This document shows, piece by piece, positions 10,935 through 23,641 of a stretch of DNA of 64,000 nt. The position numbers and the translations under genes were made by a program. The notes beneath the pieces are model-generated. The model saw only the letters and a program-made list of their open reading frames with translations. It ran no database searches and had not been told where the DNA came from. The stretch spans positions 2,480,001-2,544,000 of the forward strand of contig NC_087260.1 of assembly GCF_037042905.1 (NCBI RefSeq). The letters are read 5' to 3'. This DNA is from Lytechinus pictus. Its lineage: Eukaryota. Position 1 is the stretch's first letter. Each line of letters begins with the position of its first letter.

Positions 10935-13900
10935 ATGGAGATCCTTATCGGTTTCTCGTTATTCGTATCTGCCACAGTGCTTGTGTTTAGCGTTGAATCG
11001 AATTGTTTTCATCTGGGCAGCAAATATTATAAACTAGATCCAACGTGGCCGATTGACAGCGAAGCATTCCAGGGAGAAGTCTTCAGCGCTGCAATTGACG
11101 ACGTCAAAGGAGAGGTTTATGTGTCACAGGTACGTCTTCAGTCCCTCGTGTTGAGTTTTGTGTATTGTGGAATTCGTCATGAGGCTTTAACTGCGAATCT
11201 GAAAGTTTTGCCCGAGTGACTCGTAGAGTCGTACTAGTTTTGCATGACATTGGCTTAATTACATCTCGCTTTTGAAGAAGAAGAAGTTGAGGAAAATTGG
11301 GAAGAACGAGATAGCAAAGAAACTATGTGTTATATATTTTGCATCCTATTTTATTTTTAATCCTTCATTATTATTTTTGCATATTTTGTTTCGCTTTTGT
11401 CCTTGAAAAAAAATGTCAACATGAAATGAACGTGATGAGTCAATTGTTTCGTTTTTGAAAAATAGATCAAGACGTATGCATGAACGTGGCATGATGATTG
11501 ATTGTTGAATGGAAAATGTACAATAATGAAAGATAAGCTTCATCATAAATCCACATCAGTTATGAATTATTTTCTTGTTTTGTAGAGAGGTGATGATATA
11601 CCTCATGTCCTTGTGTTCGACATTGGAGTCGGCAAACTCCTTCGGAACTTCACCTACAAGGATAGCAGTACACTTCAGGACATTCATGGCATGAGATGGC
11701 AATTCAATGAAACCAACCAGCAAGGCTATGTCTGGGTGACGGATGTAGGCAATGGTATGTTGAAAAAAAATGTGTAGAGTTGTGGAAATTTTTGATTATT
11801 TACATTTGAATCAAAGAGGCAGTCGTTATGTTAACATGAAATAGTGTGCGTAGAAAGAAATACCAAGCATCTTACAGAAGATATCTGTTGTGTAATTGTT
11901 ATAATCATTATCATCATCATTGTCATCCTCATTATTATTATTATTTTATTATTATTATTATTATTATTTTATTCATATTTATTATTTTAAGTTTTATTAT
12001 CACAGCTATTATTATCATTATTATTATTATCTATTATCTATTATTATTAACTATTATTATGATCATAATCATCATCATTATCATCTCTGATATGTTTAAG
12101 AAAGATGCAGGATGCTATGAAATGATCAGGTGGGAGCTTTGAGTCATAGGCAATAAGAACAGCTTGGGTGAAATTGTAATTGTAGTTAACAGCTGCTGTA
12201 TTAGAAAAATGCTCCAGATACCATCGATGATCTTTTGATATCTCCTTGATTTTCAGTATGAAATCATCTCTGATATGTTTAAGAACGATGCAGGATGCTA
12301 TAAAATGATCAGGTGTCTCATCTTCAAGCTTACAGAGAGGACAAAGGGAGTTCATACACTTTCCGATCTTGCATCTTCTTGCCTGTACTAGATATGTCCC
12401 AGAAAGGAGTTGTGCTCTATACATTAACGCTTGTCTAAAGCCATCCTGGATTGGACCGGGAGGATAGAGTACCTCCACATTGACTTCTGATTTTCCCATC
12501 CAATACTTCAGGAAAGATTTCTGGGATATTCCTCTGTCCACTTGTTCTCTCACAGCAGTATGAACTTTATTTTTGGCCACCTGCTTCCATTGCTGGTATG
12601 AAGGTGTCGATTCAAGTAGCGAGTTCAAGTCAGGCAGTTGGTATTTAAGCAGTAGATCCTTCAAAGCTCTAATAAAAGGAGTGAGGAGGGCAAAGGCATG
12701 GAGAAAGGTCTTGAGTTCAAAACGTCCATGGCTCAGGCTGATAACATGTCCCAGTAGAAGGAGTCTGTTCAACTCTATTTGACGGGAGATAGGAATGAGG
12801 CCAGTCAGCAGGAAAACTATCTCATCTGGTGCAGTCAATGGGACACCGATGAGACTGACATTTATCTAACTTCTGGAACATTGCCTTTGTAAGTTTCAAA
12901 ACTTCGCCTCCATAAAGCATTCGTGGGATGCAGAATGTCAGCCAGAGTTTGGCAACAAGCAATGGAACAAGACCTCCAGTGTAAGCTCCTGTACCCGACA
13001 TGGCAAAGTAGGTGTGTAGACCTTTCTTGATGATATTGTCAGTCGGATCAAGGCGGGCTCCAGATTTCTTGATGCCAAGATGAGTGTATGCTTCAACTTG
13101 AGGAATCACTTCTCCATCCATTTCCAAGGAAATACTTGACGTAGATTTCTTTCCAGGAGTGTAAACAACAACTGCACTTTTGGATGGATTGATGTGGTAT
13201 TTCCATTCAGCAGCATATAAAGATGTGACCTGAATCATCTCCTTCATCTCTACTTCGGAATTACTGACTAGTGCCACATCATCGGCCAAGACTATAATTC
13301 CTGAGTACCTGTTGTTAATTGAGCAGCCCAATCTCTGATTAATCCATCAATAAAGGCAGTGTACATGATAGGTGAGAGGACACCCCCTTGCCAAACACCT
13401 TGTGTGACTGGAATTATCATCATTATTATAATAAAACCTACATCCCCAAGTCATTTATTATTGTACTTTCAAATTTAACTTTTTACTGTTATAGAAATAA
13501 ATCTGTCAAAAGTGTGAATCTATCAATTATATCTAGGGCCTCATGGGTATACTGTCAAACGGCTTTTACCGGACGGAACGCTTGATCTTACGATGGGTGT
13601 GGCTGGCAAGGCTGGTACCTCCCTGCATCCTCTCATGTTTGGAAATGTTGCTGATGTTGCAATCAATAAAGAGGGCATCCTTTACGTTGCAGATGGTGAT
13701 GGAGGAGTCAACAATAGAGTTGTTAAAGTGGAATTGAGTAAGTTTTACTTTCTTCAATTTTTAAGAAAATACATTTTGATTCTGTTAAATGCTGGTCTTT
13801 ACCTATGAATAGGTATAATGATTAATAGAAAATAAATGGAGGTAGAGATACAGATAATTAAAAAGAAAACAAAAACAAGTGCACACCTAGTTGCCAAGAA

Positions 13901-15148
13901 TGCATATAGAATTTTCATTTATTTTAATGCAGGATAAAAGAACATTGCCGATTGAATGCCTTGCTCGTGGGAATAGGTGCCGCAGCCAGTAAATCAAACC
14001 TCGGACTATCCATATACAGTCAGGCGCCTTAGACCACTCGGCCACGGCACATATATAAATGAGTGAAGGAATAGTGAATAAGGAATGATGGATTACATTA
14101 ATGATGGATTATAAAATGGTTTATTGAGTATTGAAACTCTTTTTTTTTTATAGAATGGAGTGGAGAAAGGACATATTATGTGTGGCCATCCAAGGTCCGA
14201 TGACCATCTGTAAAGCACTTAGAGACTCCGATCCAATGTAAAAGTGGAATATTATCATTATTATTCATTGGGAAATTGATACACAGATGAATTAATAGGT
14301 CCCTATACTCTATCCGACTCTTCTTTGGCAGGGAATTCTGGCCCATTAACAATCTGGAGTGTTGGAAATAATGGCACCGCCCCTGGTCAGTTTCGCATTC
14401 CCCACAGCGTAGAGCTGGACGACGGCGGCAGGCTCTGGGTGGCTGATCGGATGAACGGGAGGCTGGAGGCCTTCGATGCCTCAACGGGAACGTTTCTGGG
14501 AAATTGGAGCTCATGCTTCTATGATGGTGAACCCTACTCTGTCAGGTAAGGAACTCCAATAGGATGCGAAAAGTCCTGTTGCTTTAAAAGTCCATGATAA
14601 GTTAGTTTTGATAAAGAAGGCAAATTAGACAAAAAATATTAGTGAATGTTAAATGAAAATCCACCAAAGAATAAAGGACCTATGAATTGTTAAAGTTTTT
14701 AATTTGCGAGCATCTCCCCATATATCATGAAATATAAATTCCATTTATCATCATAGATTATATCATATCATAACTTGTCTACCCCTTCAATCAAAAACCT
14801 ATTCAGCAACAAGATCTTATATAGAAGAGATTTGCTATGAGAGTGTAAATATAATTTTGTGCCCACATTTTGTTTCTCTCTCTTGTATGTAGACTTAGCA
14901 AAGACAGAGGCCACTTCATTGTGACTCAGCTGAATTCTGACCAGATTGTGCTGGTCAAGGCTGCCCCGGGCTCTGGCCCAATAGGGGACACTTGCCATCG
15001 ACTGGACACGATAGCCCTTGGTAAGGACACCAAGCCCCACCTAGTGGCCGTCAGCAAAGCAACAGGGGCATTCTTCGTTGGTGAGCTCGGCAGTCAGTCA
15101 TGCCAAAAATTTGTGCCAATTTTACAAAATAATCTCTGGGTCCCATAA
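10935..15148 (+). CDS. NHLRC3: NHL repeat-containing protein 3 (signal peptide + NHL beta-propeller), 344 aa; exons 10935-11129, 11586-11754, 13537-13737, 14332-14545, 14893-15148
   Basis: All introns are GT-AG with consistent phases (0,1,1,2); CDS is 1035 nt. Motifs YKLDPTWP, VYVSQRGDDIPHVLVF, VWVTDVG, YVADGDGGVNNRVVK, FRIPHSVELDDGGRLWVADR and KPHLVAVSKATGAFFVGELG match NHLRC3 as I recall it. Confidence 0.93.
11900..13412 (-). mobile_element. 5'-truncated RTE-X-like non-LTR retrotransposon in NHLRC3 intron 2, with (AAT/GAT)n tail
   Basis: GVWQGGVLSP...IIVLADDVALV...YTHLG RT motifs span frameshifted ORFs 12822-13331 and 12047-12838. C-terminal Cys/His motif CPLCKLEDETPDHFIASC; microsatellite tail at 11900-12080. 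Confidence 0.85.
13935..14050 (-). mobile_element. tRNA-derived SINE head fragment in NHLRC3 intron 3
   Basis: Minus strand reads GTGGCCGAGTGGTCTAAGGCGCCTGAC (A box), then GAGGTTTGATTT (degenerate B box), then CCCACGAGCAAGGCATT (SINE body). No complete cloverleaf. Confidence 0.65.
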
Positions 15149-15263
15149 CACATAGGTTGGCAATATACCATACGCTTGATTTTCATGATTGATTATACAT
15201 TGTATTGTAGCCAATGTAATCAATCATAAAAAGATGTTCTACGATCATTGCTATCCTTTGAGT

Positions 15264-15567
15264 CACTGGCGGATCCAGGGTGGAGGGGGTCACATTCAGC
15301 TCATGCCCCCCCCCCATTTTGAGTGGTTGAGAGTCATTATCAACATTTTTAATTTAAATACCTATGCCATTTTACCCAAGTGTGCCCCCCCCCCCTCCGT
15401 TTTAAAAGCAAGGACCTTTTTTTGCGCTTCTCAGATTTTTTGCAGAAGAAATACTAGTATGACCTTAAATTTCTGGTGAAATCCTTTTTCTTTTTCTTGT
15501 TGCTTGTCAAATTTTCATCAGGAAAATGTGCCCCCCCCCCCTTTGGAAAATCCTGGATCCGCCCCTG
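15264..15567. mobile_element. hAT-like MITE ~115 nt downstream of the NHLRC3 stop
   Basis: CACTGGCGGATCCAGG ... CCTGGATCCGCCCCTG termini; flanking 8-mers CTTTGAGT and CTTTTAGT (7/8 TSD). Confidence 0.75.
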
Positions 15568-15712
15568 CTTTTAGTTACGGCCCATGATCATGGGCCCTGT
15601 TGCATAGCAACTTATTCTTCCAATGGTATTTCCATAGGTAACCTGCCACCCAAACCAACAAAAGTCACCCAAAATAAACTTAGAGATTTTTATTGAGCTT
15701 GAAGAACTGATA

Positions 15713-16300
15713 TACAGTGCGTCCCAGAAAAAACGAAACCGAGATTTAGCAATGATTTATCATAACTTAATCATAAATACAATAGACAAATGACCAACCA
15801 ATTTAAAGCTTAGAATCTCCTCTATCATCTGAAATTACTTAGATTATTTCTCATTCACGCATGAGTGAGCAAAAACAATTTGAAGAGGGGATACCAAAAA
15901 GTCACTTGGCGGGCTGTATCTGGGTTTCAAAAAGAAAACCACATTTTTAGAAAATTCAATATCTGCTCTTTAATTTGATACCTCAATTACAGAAAATGGT
16001 CAAGAAATAACAAAGTTCTGGTTATTTGAAATAAGGCTTGAATTTCAATAATTTCATAAAATGAAGTGGTTTTCACCGGTTTCCCACAGAAGCTATAGCA
16101 CAGTTAACAAAAGACTTAATGCATGGCTGATCGTCAACAAAACGGAGTGTCGAGTGAGTTTGAACGCTAGCCTGTAAAACCTCTTCATTTTATGAAATTA
16201 TTGAAATTCAAGCCTTATTTCAAATAGCAAGAACTTTGTTATTTCTTGACCATTTTCTTTTATTGAGGTATCAAATTAAAGAGCAGATATTGAATTTTTT
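15713..16300. mobile_element. Tc1/mariner-like MITE (one terminus plus long internal inverted repeat)
   Basis: TA-CAGTGCGTCCCAGAAAAAA terminus; ~15955-16065 and ~16182-16295 are reverse complements. Confidence 0.65.
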
Positions 16301-18093
16301 TTTAATGAATTTTCTACACTACTAGTATCCAAAAAAATTGTATCTTGCTTTTTATTCAACTTTACAACTTCAAATTTTGGCAATATATGGGAGAAGATTT
16401 ACTTTTTCAAGTACACTTATTTTCTAATTTTGAATTTTGAAGACAAAATTAATATTTTAGGTATTTACAAACAACCTTCCGTACAGCCTTATTGTTAGAT
16501 TTGGGGTGGCTGATCACACTCACTGTTTGAGATTGGAAGACAAAAAGCGAACTGAATCACTGTGACCCGTTTGTCTCTCCTCATGATATGAACCTTGATT
16601 GTAATTGTATGTTGTGCTCCGTTGCCATGGTAGTTGTTATATGACACCTAGATTGATTTCATTGGTTGTTTGATATTGATCATTCAGCCTATTTTCAATG
16701 TCGTCATCAACTGTGCAATTTTTGATCCATACGATTTTGTCCATTGCTCGCGCCCACCCAGACTGCAGGTAACACAAATAAAAACACTCATGTTTGCAGC
16801 GCGCATGTTGTTTGTACGCGACAATAAAAAATCGAGCTCGTACTGCGTGAGCATATTTTGCATCGAAATTCATAAATTTCATACGAAAAAGAATCTATTT
16901 TTTTAGGTGTCATATAAACCAAATAATGAATGTTGTTATCATTCGTGCTATGGACGGAATACTTCATTCGGTGAAAGATGAAATGAATGATCCATTCAAC
17001 GAGCCGTAGCCCAGTTGAATGGATTGTTTCATCTTTCTCCTCATCAAGTATTCTGTCCATTGCACTCTTAAACATTCATTATTTGTATACCATTTGATGG
17101 CACAGCTACAATAAAATTAATTTTTATGTTACATGGCTCCAGACTCTATAAGCTGACATGTTTTGCAATCCCTTCATCAGAGAAGCCAACTGCCCTTTTT
17201 TCCCATGTTTTATCTTTTATTTGATAAATAAGCTGTTCCTTTTCTGACATATTTGTCCTATTTTTGCTATGAATATTAAAGAAAATAATTTTTGTTTACA
17301 GTTTTCTTTTTAATTCATGATTGCGGAGTTTAGTGTGTGCCACAACTTATGTGTTATGCATTGTCTGCTTTCCATAGACTGAGCTTATAGATATGTTGTG
17401 TTTTTAGTTTTCTCAGCCAATAAAAACAAAAGGAAACATGATGGATCTAACAACTTGTCAGACAACAAATGATGATTTAGTGCTCTCCCGGCTTAGTGTT
17501 GAAACTTTTAATAAAATGAGTAACATCAAAATATGAGAGAACAACATATTTCATATTGCTCAGACATGACTTTTTTTCTTGATTTTGGGATATAAAGTAT
17601 GTTTGCTCTACATGATGTTAAAAGAATTGGAGTCACATTAATCCCCAATTTCTTCAGTATTACATTTCAAAAGCAAGTAACTTTATATGTTTTTATATAT
17701 AAAAACAATGACACATTTTCCTCATTTTCAAAGAAACTCATTCAACAGAGTCGTTTCATTTTGTTAGGTGACGGCAGGAGTGCCCAGGTATGCTCTTATG
17801 ATATGCTTCAAGTATTTTTCTAAATATAATACGTGCCAGAAATCGTGGATGAGAATTTCATTATGATGTCATGACTTGTGTTACATGATGTCATAGCGAT
17901 TGAATGGTGACATCATCATGAATCTTGTTTAATGATATGATTCATAAGATTGTTATTATAAGTACTAGTATGAGACTTTTGATTGTTGATCATTGTAACA
18001 CATGTCCCTAGGAAGCTTTGCAGCTGGGGGTGAAGCGCCTCTATGTTTTTATTTATTTTTTTGCTTTTCACTTTATATCTTAACAAAATCACC

Positions 18094-18830
18094 TTAACCC
18101 TATCTAGGCCGGGGTATTTTTGGAGATCATATGGCCGGGGGGGGGGGGGGGGCTCCCAGGGTTAGGGTTAGATCTCGGCCATCGATCTCGCGACCACGCA
18201 GCTTGCCCGGAACATAATCTACAAAATTCTGTATTAATTTATTTCATGCACATCGCTATTGATTAATTATGCTAATTTATGCGTAATGAGTATTCAAAAT
18301 CATACTTTTTCCTCTAATTCCCTAAATAAAGCTCCAAATGTTCTAATTTTTGGTGTAGAAACTCTTTGTGGTGTTCTCAGCAAATGAACATGAAGGAATT
18401 GCGATATCAGAACAATTTCTTATGTATATTGTTTTTTTACAATTTCTTATGTATTTTTTTTTTTTTTTTTTCAATGAACTTTGTTGGGGACTCTTTTGAG
18501 ATCATAAACAGCATAAAATAAATCCATTTAGATCAGCAAAACCAAAAATAATCATACAATTATGATTATGGGTTGAAAACACAATTTGCATTGACTTTGT
18601 ACACGAAATCACGTTTTTTAACCATTTTTGGTCTGACATGCACTTACGATATGTTGGGTAATTTTGGAACCGCGTACCCGGTCGTCGCAAATTTGGTCTT
18701 AAAAGATGCGCAAGACTTAAAAGTAAAAAGTCGGCGAGCGGCGGAGTAAAAAAATGTCGTGCGGCGAAAATATTGCGCGATTCGTTGAAGGGGGCCTCCG
18801 AGCCCCCCCCCCCGGCCTAGATAGGGTTAA
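18094..18830. mobile_element. piggyBac-like non-autonomous element
   Basis: TTAA|CCCTATCTAGGCCGGGG ... CCCCGGCCTAGATAGGG|TTAA: perfect TIRs with a TTAA TSD. Confidence 0.85.
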
Positions 18831-19327
18831 TTTATCAATGAAAACCTCTTATTTGTTTATATTTTTTAGTTTGCTGGTTAACAAACCATTACCCCCTCTT
18901 GTTCTCAGGTCCCTGTTGTTGCACCTCAAGGCCAGTACATGCTCTCTTAAAGATATTCATATGATTATTTTTTTTATTGTCTAACTCGCTTTTAAAGTAA
19001 TCATCTTCTAGATTTCTTAGCCTTCATGTTTAGAAATTTATGAGAATGATACTTTTTCTTACCTGATAAATTACATAGATACATGAATATTTCAGTAAGT
19101 TTGCATACAAGTTATTTTGAAATTTCCAATGATTTCATCTGTAAAAAAAATATATATATATGATGCCATATCAATCTCTCATATTTGGAAATTAATTTTG
19201 AAAGTACTGTTTAAATTATGTATTGTAAATGTTAGTAAGGTTGCACAAAAATTGAGTTTTTAACCTGTGATGATTTATATGGGTCTGTACCTTTGAAAAA
19301 CAATTTTATAGTGCGACAGTGATGTTA

Positions 19328-19368
<41 letters not shown>

Positions 19369-19879
19369 CGCCTGCCTGTCTTTACAAAGACTTGCAATTG
19401 ATTTGATCAACCTCAACTATATGGAAATCTATGAATGTCATTTGTTTCTACAGGAAATTTGCACGATACCCTTTGTAAACAAAGAGAATCACACTGAATC
19501 TTCAAGAGAACAATGAATATATGAGTAAACATCATATCTAGAAATCATTTTGAACAAACGTACATACTAGATATTGGCGGTGCTAGCTTTCCATAGTTTT
19601 GGTTGATCAGATCAATCACAAATCTATGTAAGACAGGGCCCCGGAGTGACTTTTAAGAGCGATCTTTGAATAACAAATCAAGCATTTAAAGTGACTTTTT
19701 ACCATTATATTCATGTAATATAATATATAATAAATAATTATGATTGTAATATATCAGTAGAATGTTTGTTTGTAATGATGACGTGCAATCAATCACTTTG
19801 TATTGTACTTAACTGGAATAAAAGATACTATTTTTAGCCAATACCATTTGTGTTTAATACCTTCGTGGAAAGAAAGAGA

Positions 19880-20100
19880 TAAGCATGTATGGGTGTGTGT
19901 GTATGTGTGTATGAGAGAGAGAGGATGGGAGAAACAGAGAGAAGGAGATTGAGTGAAAAAGAAGAAGTAGAGGGATTAGATAGAGAGGGATAGAGAGAGG
20001 GGGATAAAAGAAACGGAGAGAATGAGATGGAGTGAAAAAGGAGAAATAAAGGGAATAAAGTAGAGAGGGGTGGAGGAAGAGAGAGAGAGAGAGAGAGTAG
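19880..20100. repeat. (GT)/(GA)-rich simple repeat
   Basis: Degenerate purine-rich GA tract. A (TA)n run lies at ~19334-19365 and a similar GA tract at ~29720-29880. Confidence 0.85.
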
Positions 20101-20165
20101 GCAGGAACATGGATTCCGTCTGTCTACTCCCACAGTCTATACAACCGTCCAGAAATGGATTACCG

Positions 20166-20642
20166 TTAAAGGGGACCTTCACCCTGACGAAATGTTTGCT
20201 GTATAAATACCAGCAAAAATAATGAGTAATATTGGTGAAGGTTGGAGGAAAATCCATAAAATATTAAAGTTCATAGACATTTTTACTTTTGATTCGTGAC
20301 GCCATGGAGCAGTTATCCCATGGTATGTAATAAAAATGCATACATTTCAATTTTACATAATGGTTCATGGTGAATAAAAGAAAAGTCTTTCAGGACCGGA
20401 TGTGAAATGATTTCTCTTTGGATATACTGAAGGTACAATAATCAGTTTGTGTTTTTTTTTAAAAAGAAAATGGCATTTCATTAATTTACTAGTACACAAT
20501 ATATATGAGGAAGCTGCTCGCATATTACGTCAAAAAAATCTAATTAACTTTTTAACCTTTGATGGACTTTCCTCAAACCTTCACAAATAGTTTTTATTTT
20601 TATCACAATAACCTCTTTAACATGGTAAACTTCCCTCTTTAA
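20166..20642. mobile_element. Degenerate Kolobok-like MITE
   Basis: TTAA-AGGGGACCTTCACC ... GGTAAACTTCCCTCT-TTAA, with internal inverted GGTGAAGGTTGGAGGAAAATCCAT / ATGGACTTTCCTCAAACCTTCAC. Confidence 0.55.
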
Positions 20643-20876
20643 GAAAAGTCCGAATATATTACGATTATATATTTATATGTTTGTATCTATGGATTATATA
20701 TGTTATTTAATCATACGAACATATTTTATACATTTATTGTATTGTTTGAATGCAGAAAAACTAGCAAACAAAATACAAACGAGTGTGTCATAAGTTTGAT
20801 GATGCACTCTACCATGTACAGACGTCGTCAGCAAAGTTGCACAAAACTTGAATTGGAACTCGTGATGAATTACATG

Positions 20877-21739
20877 TAGAAGGCGGGGTTAGTTGTGACA
20901 CTTTTTGCTTTTTGCATGTTAGAATTTATATGATTAATAATCTTGTAGAAATAAGTACCTTGTCTTAAAATTTAATTCTTCTAAAATATTTGTCACCTAT
21001 ATATTACTTTCAATCCCCACACTGAAAGTCACTGTGACCTTTGAAAAAAGAGATGTCAAATGGCTCAACTTGCCCCATCTGTGGGGTAATTTCGGCTACC
21101 TTCTGGGGTAAGTTGAGCCACACAAACTATGTACAAAATGTATGGGGGAAGAACCAGCATATCAGTTTTTTATTTTAAGTCTTTTCACTTGCTAATTCTC
21201 TATAAATACTAACATCCTCTAAAAGGATAATAACAGCTATGTAAATTTGCTCCTTTCTGCCTGCATATCGATGGCTTTTTAAGGTTTGTTTGTTTTTTAT
21301 ATGCATTACTATAAGAATTACCATGGCTTAACTTGCCCCATGTTGGCTGGCTCAACTTACCCCAGTCCGAACTTAATGCGATAATTTCGCATCCACACAT
21401 TTCTTGTGCATCCATTATGTAAAAGATTATGACAAGAATGAAGATCCATACCTGGACTGACAATGTTGTTCTTATGTCTCTAATAAATCTACAGACCTGT
21501 GTGTGTAGAAAGCACTTATCTATTTCACACCCTTTTTTACTTTTTTTGGCTGAAATTTGTATTTTTCCCTCTAAGAAAGTACTTTTTATTTCAAAGTTGA
21601 AAACAATATGGCGGGGTTAGGGGTTATGATATGGGTCATCAATACATGACACCACCACAATGTCTGACTCATTCGTTATTGGCCTGGGGCTGGTGGCTCA
21701 ACTTGCCCCTATGCTCAACTTACCCCGCCTTCCCCTATA
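20877..21739. mobile_element. Non-autonomous TIR DNA transposon with GGCTCAACTTGCCCC subrepeats
   Basis: TAGAAGGCGGGGTTAGTTG ... CAACTTTACCCCGCCTTCCCCTA inverted termini; internal GGCTCAACTT(G/A)CCCC repeats. Confidence 0.65.
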
Positions 21740-23641
21740 TACTGTAGGTCTGTATACCGTGTTACATTTAGTGATATGAGTCATTAAAAAAGACCCCTGG
21801 GACCCATCAGTAAAGTTGCACAAAATATGAGTTTGGAATGAAAATAATGTCACCGGTGGTGGTTTTAGCCCCCCTCCCAAATTGTGTAAACAAAAAAGAC
21901 CATCTGATTGTGATTTGGTGCATGGTCAATCCCCCCCCCCCTCCCCAACTTTCAAAACCGTTCCGCGACCCCTGATATTGGATATTGAGATTTTCAAAAG
22001 AGCATGCACGAACGCGTAAACATGAATGACACTACAATTGACCTTTTATTAAATTTGAACTAATGAAGGCCCAAAAAAATTTGTAATTTTCATTGACTAC
22101 TTTTCAGGTTTTTCAGGGTTCTTTTAAACAATAATTTGTATTATACATTTGTTATAATAAAAACAATTTTGAATAGACCCATTTTGATCTATATTGTTTT
22201 CACAAATTCGTATTTTATTCAATCATTACAACAGCGGAACTTCCTCTCTTTTGTACGACCCATAATGCCTGTCATTGTACTTTTAAGAATAATGAATATA
22301 CTTGGAATATAATTCACGGATAAATCCCCGTGGTGATTTAGAAAGAATAAATGAATGTAAGCTACTATACAGAAGAGTATACTGTTTTCAAAGAAAGGGG
22401 TGTGACCAGTTGGTTTGACCCAAATGATGAATTGCGACATACTCCGCCTTAACCGTCGTCAGCAGGGAAGGGATGTTAACTCCCCCCCCCCTTCTCCCTA
22501 GATCCGCCACTGGCAACATAAAGGGCGACCTTGTAAGACTTTTGGTACACCTAAGGGGGGGGGGGCACCCCTTCTATAGGCTGTTGTACACGATTTTTAA
22601 ATCGATGTACACGGATACCTTTCCCGTCCCCCAATTAAGGAAGTGATACAAAATGGTACGCAACCAGCCGCTATTTAAATATGGAACAACGTGTCTGGGG
22701 ATGAGTTGGATGCCGTAAAAATGTCCCCCCCCCAAAAAAAAAAAATAATAATAAAAATAAATCAATCCTGTTGCGCAGAAGAGAGACATCTTAAAGTTTT
22801 GTCTTGATGATGCCAAACACATTGTACCTAAATTCAGTGGTGTGATTAATTAACAATGTTGAGGGGGTCAGACATGGGGTAAAAGGCAAAATTATAAGGA
22901 AGTTGGGAGTAAGCAAAGCGAGCGAGAAATGCATTTTTTTTATACCCTAGCTCTAAAAAAAAAAAATCTGATTTAGTGATAATTTCAGAAGATAATAACA
23001 TCACACCCCCTTTTTTAAATTCATTTGCTTTTTCTCCAAATAATATTTTCTTTCTTTTTTCTTGGTCGTGGGACTTTTTTATGGGGAGGGGGGGGGGGGT
23101 ACATGCCCCCAAGACCCCCGCCTCCGGCTCTGTACACCAGTGTTTGAAATATAATTCCCCTTTTCATGCCGAACACACCAGACAACTATACAGATATCCT
23201 CCGGTAAGATTGAGAAAAAGAAAAATAATTGAAAAATATCTGGAATTTAGTTAATTGCGTACAAACGCCTACAAGCTAGGAAACACCGGATGGAGAACAG
23301 TTTAAATTCGTTTATTTTGAGAACGGTTTACGAGGATATGCATGCATGTGGAGAAGCATTTAAAACGGCATATGGATGCAGTTACCAGTGCCACAAGGAT
23401 CAAGTTTCACTACATGCAGCATTTATTAAAACAGAAATACATGCAGTCTAATTATAGGATGATACATGCAATCTACCAAGAATTTAATTTGGTATAATAG
23501 ATTGATTTACGAAAAACATACCAATTAACAAAGAAAGGTATTTGAAGAAACTTATAAAAGCAAGTGCATGGTGGGATGTGTATTTTGCCAAACGAAGAAG
23601 GAAAATTTTGGAGTGAAAAAAAGGCTGTTCCTGGAAATACT

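Noticed and set aside
13935-14050. tRNA gene
   Set aside because: A box present, but the B box is degenerate, there is no acceptor stem and SINE body sequence follows. The same applies to ~35770-35841 and the B-box-like GGTTCGAA at ~12 and ~30083.
23564-23641. N-terminal extension of the lectin from the ORF track
   Set aside because: The track starts at GTG. An in-frame ATG at ~23577 exists, but the ATG at 23642 directly precedes the signal peptide and is the more plausible start.
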